Positions 1 to 7,795 of a DNA stretch of 29,069 nucleotides are shown here, one piece after another. The stretch comes from a virus. Positions within the stretch are counted from its first letter, which is position 1. Each line of letters starts with the position of its first letter. The notes beneath the pieces were generated by a model. That model did no database searches. It had not been told where the DNA came from and saw only the letters and a program-made list of their open reading frames with translations. The translations under genes were made by a program, and so were the position numbers. Location: the IMG/VR virus record IMGVR_UViG_3300026194_000281. One strand, given 5' to 3'.

Positions 1-100
1 GCTCCAACTAGGTTGCGATGGGGTCTGTATGATCTGCCTGCGTCGGCAGGGTGATGAGTATGCGAGGACGGGGGATATCCGAGTACTCTTCGGGCGGACA

Positions 101-119
101 TATCACTCCTCCCCCGACG
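101..119 (+). repeat. 19-bp direct repeat TATCACTCCTCCCCCGACG, copy 1
   Basis: Identical to 22403-22421; the preceding GAC-x also matches (gacAtatc vs gacCtatc). Confidence 0.9.
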
Positions 120-301
120 CGATGTATTGTAACCGGTGCGCCGCACCACTCACCGAGGAGGCGAGAGGTCAACAGAAGCAGAAGGCCTCCCGCATCCTCG
201 ACCACATGGACCAGGATCCCCGGCTGGCCATCATCGACCAGAAGCTCGAAGAGTTCCGCCAGTCCCTCATCGCCGAGATGGACCCGTCGGGCAGAACCTG
301 A
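110..301 (+). pseudogene. C-terminal remnant of a tyrosine integrase (half Zn-ribbon plus tail)
   Basis: SPDAMYCNRCAAPLTEEAR...HMDQDPRLAIIDQKLEEFRQSLIAEMDPSGRT* aligns with the C-terminus of 22826-24073 (FCRMCTRPLTTEAR...HMDQDPRLAIIEQKFEEFRQSLIDKMDSSGRT*). The in-frame upstream sequence is not integrase-like. Confidence 0.8.
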
Positions 302-310
302 TCACCATCT

Positions 311-320
311 CTCCTTTTTA
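311..320 (+). terminator. Oligo-T putative archaeal terminator after int
   Basis: CTCCTTTTTA just after the stop codon; conserved at 24080-24089 in the second copy. Confidence 0.45.
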
Positions 321-430
321 AAAGGCCCACCACGCGTGCGTTTTGCGGCGCCCACGTTTGCTCTCGACAACGTTCCTTCCATAAAAGAGGGGGTATCCCC
401 CTCCCACATATATATAGATCGGGAGGCATC

Positions 431-438
431 TATATAAA
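431..438 (+). promoter_or_regulatory. TATA box for the ORF134-ATPase operon
   Basis: TATATAAA starts 30 nt upstream of ATG 461; the second copy has TATATATT (24198-24205) at the same spacing from ATG 24228. Confidence 0.65.
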
Positions 439-460
439 TCACTAGAGACGATATTCATAC

Positions 461-865
461 ATGGGAGAAATACCCGGCGACGTAAAAACCGCCCTTGGGC
501 GCCTCTATGTACTCTGCTCCGTCACCACCGACCCCGCCACCCTGCTCCGGCTCACCCGGGCCCTGATGAGCAGCGTCCGTGCCTGCCAGGCGAAGTTACA
601 CGAATCCATAGACGAAGGCACAAGAAACATTCCCGAATGGGAAACCTACCGCAACAAGATCGACACGGCGACCGTAGCATACGCCTCATCAGCAGACGCC
701 TGGGCAACCGTCATGATCACCTGTGCCGACATAGCCGATTACTTCTACGCACTCTGTTTGCTCGACGACCTGATCGAGATCGAGGCGAGCGACTTCGACC
801 TGACAACCTACTTCACCCCGAGAAATACCCCCCCGGAGGCAGGAGATGGCAGCAGAAGCCCCTGA
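461..865 (+). CDS. Hypothetical alpha-helical protein, coupled to the ATPase (allele A)
   Basis: Preceded by a TATA box; overlaps the ATPase start; homologous to 24228-24650 (84/115 residues identical by manual count). Confidence 0.8.
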   Translation: MGEIPGDVKTALGRLYVLCSVTTDPATLLRLTRALMSSVRACQAKLHESIDEGTRNIPEWETYRNKIDTATVAYASSADAWATVMITCADIADYFYALCLLDDLIEIEASDFDLTTYFTPRNTPPEAGDGSRSP

Positions 866-1919
866 AATCTCCGAAGTAACGAAGCGGACAGTCCCAATAT
901 CCGGAGCCCTAGCCGCCGTATCCCCCGAGATCGGTCGGAGCCTCTTCTACGAGGTAACCTGCCATGACGACGGCGTTGCCGCGATGGGCGGGATCTCAGC
1001 CGCCCTGGTGGCTCTCCCCGGCGGCGGGAAAAGCACCCTCCTGATGCAGCTTGCCCAGCTCGTGAACCACGTCAACGGGCACGCCGCAAAACTCGATGTA
1101 ATCAACCTCAAAAACCAGCACGTACCTGAAACCGTCATCTGGCGCGGACTTGAATACGATCACTGGGCCTGCTTCATCCAGGAATACTGGATGAGATCCT
1201 TCCCAAAACACGCGAATCCAAAACCCATACGGCTCCACATGCACCACCGAGATCGCCTCACCTTCTACCTAGATTTTGAGAAAAAGCCGTATCAACTCAT
1301 GCTCTCAGGAGACGACATTAAGTTTTACAACGGCCCCGACGAGTTATATGCCAACCTCCTCCCGGGCGGGATCAATGTCGTCTATGAACCCCAGGAGTAT
1401 TATCTAACGTCAAAAACCCTCCAACGGATTATGGCATCCCGCCTCAAGGCAACGAAATACGAGGATCAGGAGGACATCCGAGCCCCCTCGTTCATGTGGT
1501 GGTACGAATTCATTGAGACCCTCTCCCGCATCAAAAAACGCGGCGAATACTATACTCTGATCATCGACGAGGCCGCCCGTCTCTTTCCATTCGGGGCGCA
1601 GGGAGACCACTGGCACATGATCGGCTGGCTCGTCGAGACCCTCATCCATCTGCGAAAAAAGAACATCTCGACGTTCTTTGCCATCCACGGCCTTGACCTG
1701 ATAGATCCCCGGGTGGCAAAACGGATACAGTATTTCATCTGGCTCCCCGGCTCCCTCCCGGGAACTCGCAACAACATGGTTACTGCCTCCCTCGTCGGCC
1801 GGCTCCCGCTTGGCTGGGGCATCATCGAACAACCTCGGCGCCGGTTCGGTCGGTTCCGGTTCGGCCGCATCCCCCGGCAGCCCCCGGTCGTGCAGGCAGT
1901 CGGCCTCTCAGGAATATAG
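846..1919 (+). CDS. P-loop ATPase, FtsK/HerA/Zot-like, putative genome packaging or morphogenesis ATPase (allele A)
   Basis: Walker A ALPGGGKST, Walker B LIIDEA, then LRKKNISTFFAIH and DPRVAKRIQYFIWL; lies directly upstream of the capsid-like gene. Confidence 0.8.
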   Translation: MAAEAPEISEVTKRTVPISGALAAVSPEIGRSLFYEVTCHDDGVAAMGGISAALVALPGGGKSTLLMQLAQLVNHVNGHAAKLDVINLKNQHVPETVIWRGLEYDHWACFIQEYWMRSFPKHANPKPIRLHMHHRDRLTFYLDFEKKPYQLMLSGDDIKFYNGPDELYANLLPGGINVVYEPQEYYLTSKTLQRIMASRLKATKYEDQEDIRAPSFMWWYEFIETLSRIKKRGEYYTLIIDEAARLFPFGAQGDHWHMIGWLVETLIHLRKKNISTFFAIHGLDLIDPRVAKRIQYFIWLPGSLPGTRNNMVTASLVGRLPLGWGIIEQPRRRFGRFRFGRIPRQPPVVQAVGLSGI

Positions 1920-1950
1920 ACTTCCTCAAAACTATATAGAAAACAACTAC

Positions 1951-1979
1951 TTTTATATACCACTATAGCCCTATATATT
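1951..1979 (+). promoter_or_regulatory. AT-rich promoter of the capsid-like operon
   Basis: TTTTATATA (1951-1959) and TATATATT (1972-1979) in an AT-rich gap within GC-rich DNA, upstream of ATG 1994; conserved in copy 2. Confidence 0.6.
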
Positions 1980-1993
1980 TTTGGAGAAAACCT

Positions 1994-2344
1994 ATGGGAA
2001 AACACCTCGATTTTGCACGTGAGTGCTGGATCACCCTCCACACCGCCGGCGTGGGGGCCGTAAAGCGCCTCTATCAGGCCCGGTGCCTCAACGAGGATGC
2101 CAACGTCAACGCGGTTCTCGGCTTCATCATCGTCGCCGCCGTGCTCTTCATCGGTATCCCGGTGCTCGCCGCGATCTCCGCCGCGACCCCGGCGCTCAAT
2201 GAAACCGACCCCCTCTACGCCACGCAGCAGGCGCTGCAGACCACCACGAGTTCTGGCTACGGGCTGCTCGTCGTCACCCTGATCATCATCGCCATGGGTG
2301 CCGTCATCGGCGGCCTGATGATGTTCAACGCCCGGCGCGGATGA
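1994..2344 (+). CDS. Putative major capsid protein, spindle-virus VP1-like hydrophobic hairpin with N-terminal propeptide
   Basis: ~35-aa leader, then EDANVNAVLGFIIVAAVLFIGIPVL (helix 1), a loop with an N-E-T sequon, and a second hydrophobic helix. The spacing of N...LG...PV matches my recollection of mature SSV1 VP1. Confidence 0.65.
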   Translation: MGKHLDFARECWITLHTAGVGAVKRLYQARCLNEDANVNAVLGFIIVAAVLFIGIPVLAAISAATPALNETDPLYATQQALQTTTSSGYGLLVVTLIIIAMGAVIGGLMMFNARRG

Positions 2345-2381
2345 GGAGACCGGAGGAAACATCCCGTTTTCCGATCTTCTC

Positions 2382-2873
2382 ATGACGTCGAACCTCCGGG
2401 GGCGGGCCCTCCCCGCCCTCGTTCTATCCTCCCTCCTGTTCCCCGCGGCCTCTGCCGCCAACGTCACCGTCGCTGATCCTGTGCAGGTCCTCCCGGCAGC
2501 CCAAACCTACCTCCCCGTCGAGATCTGGACGCTCCTCTTCGCCCTCACCTGGGTCTGTCTCGGGCTCTCCCTCTGGCCCGGCATCGAGGGCCGGGACATG
2601 TGGGCCGGTCTCGCCGCCCTCCTCGCCGCAGCCGTCGCGTGGCTCTCTGGCTACATCAGTTTCAACAGCATCCATCCGATCCTCCTCACCGACGGCGACA
2701 TCCTCATCCAGCCCGTGCAGTGCCTCATCCAGCCGCCCTACCTGGGCCTGCTCATGATCGGCGTCTTCCTCCTCGCCGTAGTCAACGCCTTCCGGGTCGT
2801 CTGGCTCATCTACATCCGCCCGATCCGCGACCTCCGGCTCGCCGATCAGGGATACGACATAGGAGACCGATAA
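2382..2873 (+). CDS. Membrane protein with signal peptide and ~3 TM segments
   Basis: Signal-like LVLSSLLFPAASA, N-V-T sequon, three hydrophobic stretches; in operon context. Confidence 0.75.
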   Translation: MTSNLRGRALPALVLSSLLFPAASAANVTVADPVQVLPAAQTYLPVEIWTLLFALTWVCLGLSLWPGIEGRDMWAGLAALLAAAVAWLSGYISFNSIHPILLTDGDILIQPVQCLIQPPYLGLLMIGVFLLAVVNAFRVVWLIYIRPIRDLRLADQGYDIGDR

Positions 2874-2875
2874 CA

Positions 2876-3352
2876 ATGCCACAAATAATGAGTGCCGACG
2901 AATTCGCCGAGCGCCGCGCCAACGAGAGCGACCTCAACCGCCCGCTCCCACTGATGGGGAAACCTCTCGGAGAGCGGCAGATGGAAACCTTGCTGAAGCC
3001 CGACCTCCCGGCGAAGAAAGGCCCCCTCGAAAAACTCTGGATCTTCTCTGGCGAAGCCACCCGGCACGTGCAGCTCACCAACATCCCGACCGAGGACGAT
3101 AAACGCCGGTTTGACCGCAACGTCAACGATATGCTTCGGGTCGCCACCTGGGACGCCGACGACTACCTCGACCTCATGCAGGCAAAGTTCCTCGTCACCA
3201 AGGTCCTCGCGGCGAAGAGCATCGGCTATACTCGGATGCCCCGGGAGCGGGACGCCCTCAACGAGAACCGCATTACCCAGACCATCCGCGACGACCGCCC
3301 GCCCATCCCGAAGGACTCCGGCGGCCTGTTCGGCTTCCTCAGGAGGGGCTAA
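2876..3352 (+). CDS. Hypothetical soluble protein (158 aa)
   Basis: ATG 2876 lies 2 nt after the previous stop, with GGAG upstream; the part from MPQIMSADEF on has normal protein composition, while the in-frame upstream extension is low-complexity. Confidence 0.75.
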   Translation: MPQIMSADEFAERRANESDLNRPLPLMGKPLGERQMETLLKPDLPAKKGPLEKLWIFSGEATRHVQLTNIPTEDDKRRFDRNVNDMLRVATWDADDYLDLMQAKFLVTKVLAAKSIGYTRMPRERDALNENRITQTIRDDRPPIPKDSGGLFGFLRRG

Positions 3353-3354
3353 CC

Positions 3355-4056
3355 ATGTCAGAAGTAATCGTAGCTGCAACGGAAATGCCGGGATATATCC
3401 TCGGCCTCCCCTGGTTCATCTGGGCGTTTGTCGCCCTCGGGGTCATCATCCTGATCTCCAACGCCCTCTGGGTCTGGTACTGGTGGACCATGGGGCCGGT
3501 CGGCGCCTACTGGAAAGCGGTGCGCAAGAACGAGACCCTCGGCATCCTGCTCACGAAGGGCGGCAAGCTCCGCTTCGTCGCCACCGAATACGTCGCCGGC
3601 GTCATGCGGTCGCTTGACCTCAAGATGTCCTGGATGATCCGCAGCCCTGACGCCTGGCAGCTCGGCACCGTCCCCTCGAAGCTCCTCATCGACCTCTGGG
3701 GCATCGGCGCGGACCCCCGGCTCCTCGTCGCCGTAAAGACCGCGATCGGGACCTGGAACGAAGAGCACCCCGATAACCAGATCGAGACCTACAAAGACCT
3801 CTACGACAAGGTCAAGCGCAAAGAGATCGCCGACCCGATCCTCATCCCGGCCGTCGCCGAAGTCCCCATCTACGAAATAGAGCGGTACCTCCCACATGTC
3901 GGCGCCGGCGACTTTGAAGGACATATCGCCGTCCGGGTCGCGGAAGAAGTGGACGACTTGAAGGGCAAAGAATGGCCGGCCTGGATGAAGGCGTTTATCA
4001 TGATCGAGATGGCCGTCATCGCATTCGGCGGGATCATCTATCTCCTGGGGAGCTGA
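3355..4056 (+). CDS. Membrane protein with N- and C-terminal TM helices
   Basis: GGAGG upstream, translationally coupled; hydrophobic segments at both ends. Confidence 0.8.
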   Translation: MSEVIVAATEMPGYILGLPWFIWAFVALGVIILISNALWVWYWWTMGPVGAYWKAVRKNETLGILLTKGGKLRFVATEYVAGVMRSLDLKMSWMIRSPDAWQLGTVPSKLLIDLWGIGADPRLLVAVKTAIGTWNEEHPDNQIETYKDLYDKVKRKEIADPILIPAVAEVPIYEIERYLPHVGAGDFEGHIAVRVAEEVDDLKGKEWPAWMKAFIMIEMAVIAFGGIIYLLGS

Positions 4057-4058
4057 CC

Positions 4059-6461
4059 ATGAATTTCGGCAGCGCTCCATCCCGGGTCCAACAGCTCAGG
4101 GAGGCCATGGCCGCCCGCCCGCCGGCCCCGCAACAGCAGGCCCGCGCCGGCCTCCTCCCGCAACAGCAGCCGGCCCCGACCGCCCCGGCCGCCCCGGCTG
4201 CATCCGCTCCCTCCTCATCCCCACTCGCAAATCTGGAGCGCAAGGTGCTCGCAGGGAGAGATCCGCGCCGGATCGGCACCCCGCTCGACTCCCCTGTAGC
4301 CCGAGTCATCGGCGGCCTGATGAGAGACGGGGTCGTCACCCCGTGGGACACCGAGACCAAATACAACGAGCACGCTGCCGCCTTCACCGAATACCAGCAA
4401 ATCCAGCAGAAACACGCCCCCCACATCCAGGGCGGCGTCTTCGTCGTCAACACCCCCCAGGACCAGGCCAAATACCAGGAGCTGCAGCGGGCGGCCACCC
4501 GCGTCGAGACCACCGGCCAGGCGTTCGAGCAGACCCGAGACCGGGAACTCTTCGGCATCTCCCGGCGCGTCGCCGACCTCAACAAAGGCGCCGCCGACTT
4601 CCTCAACCTCCCGGCCGTCACACCACGAGCAGAAACGGTGCATCGGGAGCGGGTAGCGCCCCACATCGGCCCCATGTTATCTCTGATGAACAAGGGCGGC
4701 CCCATTCCCGCGCTCGCTCGCGCCGCCGTCCCCGGTTACCGCCGGGCGGAATCCGATTTCTTCGCAGGCATCGGCGCCGGCGGCTATGAGCGGTTCCGGG
4801 TCGAACCTCTCACGGCGGCAGGATCCGTGGCGGTCGGGTTCCTCGGCGGCGCCGCAATGAAGGGCGCAACCCTCCTCCCGAAGGTCGGTCCCGTCGTCGT
4901 CGCAAAAGGCCCCACCATCGCAAAAGGCGTCGAAGCCCTCTACGTGGGCTCTGTCGGCGTCAGGACCGCCGGCGCTGGCCCCGACTACTTCGAGATGGGC
5001 CGAGAGTTCGGCGGCATCCTGACCACCGAGGCGATCCCGATGTATGGAGGGGTGAAGGCGTTTACCACCCTATCCCCGAGGGTCGGGGCAGGTGTTGCCC
5101 GGGCAAAGGACGCCTACCTCTCCCACAAGATCCGGGACGCCCCCGCCGCCCAAGTGAAAGCAGGCGGTCACTATCCCGACAACGAGATGATCCTTGAAGG
5201 TCTCCGGATGCAGGAGAGCCGGAGCCCCTTTGTCTCTGCCCGCTCCCTCTCCCGCAGCCGCCCCGGGAAGGCCGGCACCTTTGTCGAGGTCGGCCCCGGT
5301 CGCTACGTCGAGAAAGGCGGTCTTGACACCTACCTCCGGAGATTTGAGGTCGAGGCTGCCCACTGGCGCCGCCCCATCCCTCCCGAGTTCGTCGCCCGAG
5401 AAGACATCCTCGATGCTCCAGCCCACTGGCGCACCCCCGAGTTCGGCGGCCAGGTCGGGAGACAGGACCCCGTCCACGGCTGGCCCGAGCGAAGGATCGC
5501 CGGCGGTCACTATCCCGACAACGAGATGATCCTTGAAGGTCTCCGGATGCAGGAGAGCCGGAGCCCCTTTGTCTCTGCCCGCTCCCTCTCCCGCAGCCGC
5601 CCCGGGAAGGCCGGCACCTTTGTCGAGGTCGGCCCCGGTCGCTACGTCGAGAAAGGCGGTCTTGACACCTACCTCCGGAGATTTGAGGTCGAGGCTGCCC
5701 ACTGGCGCCGCCCCATCCCTCCCGAGTTCGTCGCCCGAGAAGACATCCTCGATGCTCCAGCCCACTGGCGCACCCCGGAGTTCGGCGGCCCCCCGGCCCC
5801 TATAACGGTAACGAAGATGTATGCCGGCATCCCGATCCGCATCAGCCGTCAGGGGCTCAGGGTCGGCAGATCTACCTATTCCCGCTCCGGACAACCCCTC
5901 AGGATCCGCCCGCCCCGTGCCGACCTGACCATGGCCGACGCCACGAAGACCCGGTTCCTCCTCCCGCTCGCATCAGGGACCGGGGAGACCCTCGCATCCG
6001 GCGAGACCATCCTCTCCCGCCTCGAACCCACGATCGCATCCCGGGCACAGAGCGCCACGCTCACCGCCTCCGGCCTACGCGACATCCTCGCCACCCGGCA
6101 GGACATCGACACATCAGAACTCACCAAATCTTCACTGACCCTGGACTCCTCTCTCATCCCTGCATCAGCCCTCCGCTCCGCCCAGGCCCAAGACTCCCTC
6201 CTGCTCACCACCTCCCGCCTCACCTCCCGGCAGCGGCAGCGTTCCGACACCATCCCCCGGCCCCGGCTCCGGGAAACCACCGTCGGCCTCCCGCGCCTGC
6301 GGCCGAAACTGGCCCCGCTCCCCAAGATCCCCCGAACCCCGATGGTCTTCGGGCTCCCGGAGCGGACCCCGCCGAAAAAGAAGCGCAAGAAAAAAGGCAA
6401 AAAGAAGGAGTTTGATGAGTTCCTGACCCTCCCCGACCTCTCCCGCCTCTGGAGGTTCTAA
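4059..6461 (+). CDS. Large Ala/Arg/Pro-rich putative internal virion or scaffold protein with a 96-aa internal duplication and a basic C-terminus
   Basis: ATG 4059 follows the upstream stop (TGACCATG); 800 codons open; ends PKKKRKKKGKKKEFDEFLTLPDL. Confidence 0.7.
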   Translation: MNFGSAPSRVQQLREAMAARPPAPQQQARAGLLPQQQPAPTAPAAPAASAPSSSPLANLERKVLAGRDPRRIGTPLDSPVARVIGGLMRDGVVTPWDTETKYNEHAAAFTEYQQIQQKHAPHIQGGVFVVNTPQDQAKYQELQRAATRVETTGQAFEQTRDRELFGISRRVADLNKGAADFLNLPAVTPRAETVHRERVAPHIGPMLSLMNKGGPIPALARAAVPGYRRAESDFFAGIGAGGYERFRVEPLTAAGSVAVGFLGGAAMKGATLLPKVGPVVVAKGPTIAKGVEALYVGSVGVRTAGAGPDYFEMGREFGGILTTEAIPMYGGVKAFTTLSPRVGAGVARAKDAYLSHKIRDAPAAQVKAGGHYPDNEMILEGLRMQESRSPFVSARSLSRSRPGKAGTFVEVGPGRYVEKGGLDTYLRRFEVEAAHWRRPIPPEFVAREDILDAPAHWRTPEFGGQVGRQDPVHGWPERRIAGGHYPDNEMILEGLRMQESRSPFVSARSLSRSRPGKAGTFVEVGPGRYVEKGGLDTYLRRFEVEAAHWRRPIPPEFVAREDILDAPAHWRTPEFGGPPAPITVTKMYAGIPIRISRQGLRVGRSTYSRSGQPLRIRPPRADLTMADATKTRFLLPLASGTGETLASGETILSRLEPTIASRAQSATLTASGLRDILATRQDIDTSELTKSSLTLDSSLIPASALRSAQAQDSLLLTTSRLTSRQRQRSDTIPRPRLRETTVGLPRLRPKLAPLPKIPRTPMVFGLPERTPPKKKRKKKGKKKEFDEFLTLPDLSRLWRF
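5163..5790 (+). repeat. 289-bp in-frame tandem duplication (5163-5451 and 5502-5790; period 339 bp)
   Basis: The copies differ by one synonymous base that I could find (ccc/ccg); 50-bp spacer. Confidence 0.95.
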
Positions 6462-6464
6462 CCC

Positions 6465-6695
6465 ATGGCAGACGACCACATCACCGTATACTCGGCAGAC
6501 GAGGTAACCCAGATGACCGCCCAGGCCGCCTACATGAGCCGCGTCGCCACCGTCCTTCTCATGGTGCGCGACGAGCTCATCAAATCCGGCGCGGCCCCCG
6601 TCATCCTCGACACGATCGACGACATCATGACCGATTACGGGCTCATCCAGCCCAAACCGGAAGGAGGCGAAGATGCCACTCCTGCCCCCGCTTAA
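6465..6695 (+). CDS. Hypothetical protein (76 aa)
   Basis: GGAGG upstream; coupled to neighbouring genes. Confidence 0.7.
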   Translation: MADDHITVYSADEVTQMTAQAAYMSRVATVLLMVRDELIKSGAAPVILDTIDDIMTDYGLIQPKPEGGEDATPAPA

Positions 6696-6972
6696 GAACG
6701 ACGAAGGCAGCGCCGGCGTCCTCGCCTACTTCGGGATCTCCGTCTTCGCCGGTCTCGCCATCTACATGCTCCTCGGCCCCGCGTTCGACCTCATCTTCGG
6801 ACTCGCCTCAGACCCCGGCCTGCTCGCCCTCGCCCCCGTATCAGAGGAGCGCATCAACACCCTCAACATCATCAAACTCGCCATCGCCGCCGTGCCGTTC
6901 GTCGCCATCTTCCTCCCGAACGCCTACTATGCCATCATCACCAGCCTGCGCCAGGAAGGAGGCGGTATCTAA
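6673..6972 (+). CDS. Two-TM hairpin protein, putative minor capsid protein (MCP paralogue-like)
   Basis: KNDEG leader, helix 1 ending LLGP, helix 2 containing AVPFV; GGAGG upstream. Confidence 0.65.
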   Translation: MPLLPPLKNDEGSAGVLAYFGISVFAGLAIYMLLGPAFDLIFGLASDPGLLALAPVSEERINTLNIIKLAIAAVPFVAIFLPNAYYAIITSLRQEGGGI

Positions 6973-7250
6973 TGAACGGCGACGGCAGCCCCTCCGTCCT
7001 CGGGGCCATCCTCTACCTGCTCTTCACGCTCCTCACCCTTGCCGCGATCGTCGTCTGCGTCGGCCCCCTCTGGGACTGGCTCGCGGTCTGGCTCCTCACT
7101 CAGGACAGCCCGCTCGTCTCGACCGTCATGCCGCTCTTCAAGTGGCTCTGGCTGATCATCGCGCTCTCGGTCGTGGCGGCGTTCGCATACGTCTACCTCG
7201 TGGTGATTCGGAAAATCAGATACAACCGGCTGATGGGGGGATTGGAGTGA
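6972..7250 (+). CDS. Two-TM hairpin protein, putative minor capsid protein
   Basis: MNGDG leader, helix 1 ending VGP, helix 2 containing MPLF, basic C-terminus; TAATG overlap with the upstream gene. Confidence 0.65.
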   Translation: MNGDGSPSVLGAILYLLFTLLTLAAIVVCVGPLWDWLAVWLLTQDSPLVSTVMPLFKWLWLIIALSVVAAFAYVYLVVIRKIRYNRLMGGLE

Positions 7251-7708
7251 CCGAATATCACACGGCGGAACGAACCGCGACCACACCCCTGCACGTCTCA
7301 ACCACCCCGCACCTCGCCTACCTCCTGGTGCTGCTCGCCCTCCTCGCCGCCGACATCGCAACAACCGTCTGGTTCACCGGGCTCGGCCTGCCGGATCTCA
7401 ACCCCCACATCGCCCCCATCGCTGGCTCGGTCGCGGCGCAGGTCGCGTATAAAGCCCCGTTCGCGCTGTTGCTGGTCGGCAGCACCGCCCTCCTCGCGAC
7501 CGCCTGCGACCGGCTCCGGTCCGGCGCCGGGAAATACCCGTGGCTCGCCGTGGCCGGCATCTACGCGGTCCCGGTCGCCTGGAATCTCGTCGTGATCGCG
7601 GGGCACACGGGCTTCCACGTCGTCCCTGCGGTCGTCTACGCCCCGGTTGCTGTCGTCTGCGCCGTAGGGGTCTGGCGTGCCGCCCACCCTCGCCCGGAGG
7701 CACTAACT
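7247..7708 (+). CDS. DUF5658-like membrane protein (no in-frame stop; reads through into the adhesin)
   Basis: GTG start in a GTGA overlap; motif AADIATT...GLGLPDLNP...YK; paralogue at 14225-14527. The end coordinate is nominal. Confidence 0.55.
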
Positions 7709-7795
7709 ATGCCCGCGAACCACCCTAACCCCCGGCCGGCGGGGCCTCCCTCGACCTCCCCGCCCATAGCCTCTCCCCGCCCAGGAGGCGCTAAC

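Larger units (their letters stand above)
1866..5289 (+). repeat. Long direct repeat, copy 1 (copy 2 = 25645-29069)
   Basis: Offset 23,779-23,780; scattered SNPs up to ~2480, apparently identical after that by eye; ORF translations from 2382 onward are identical. Confidence 0.95.

Noticed and set aside
1-100. tRNA gene or tRNA-derived att site (the window begins GCTCCA)
   Set aside because: Only 6 nt resemble a tRNA 3' end; no T-loop (GTTCRA) or cloverleaf is visible here or in 22400-22826 on either strand.
6372-6420. SV40-like nuclear localisation signal PKKKRKK
   Set aside because: Archaeal context; better explained as a basic nucleic-acid-binding patch.
6929-7246. 1166-aa ORF starting at 6929
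   Set aside because: The first 106 codons overlap the real gene 6972-7250 and translate to low-complexity Arg/Pro sequence; plausible starts are 7247, 7709 and 7796.
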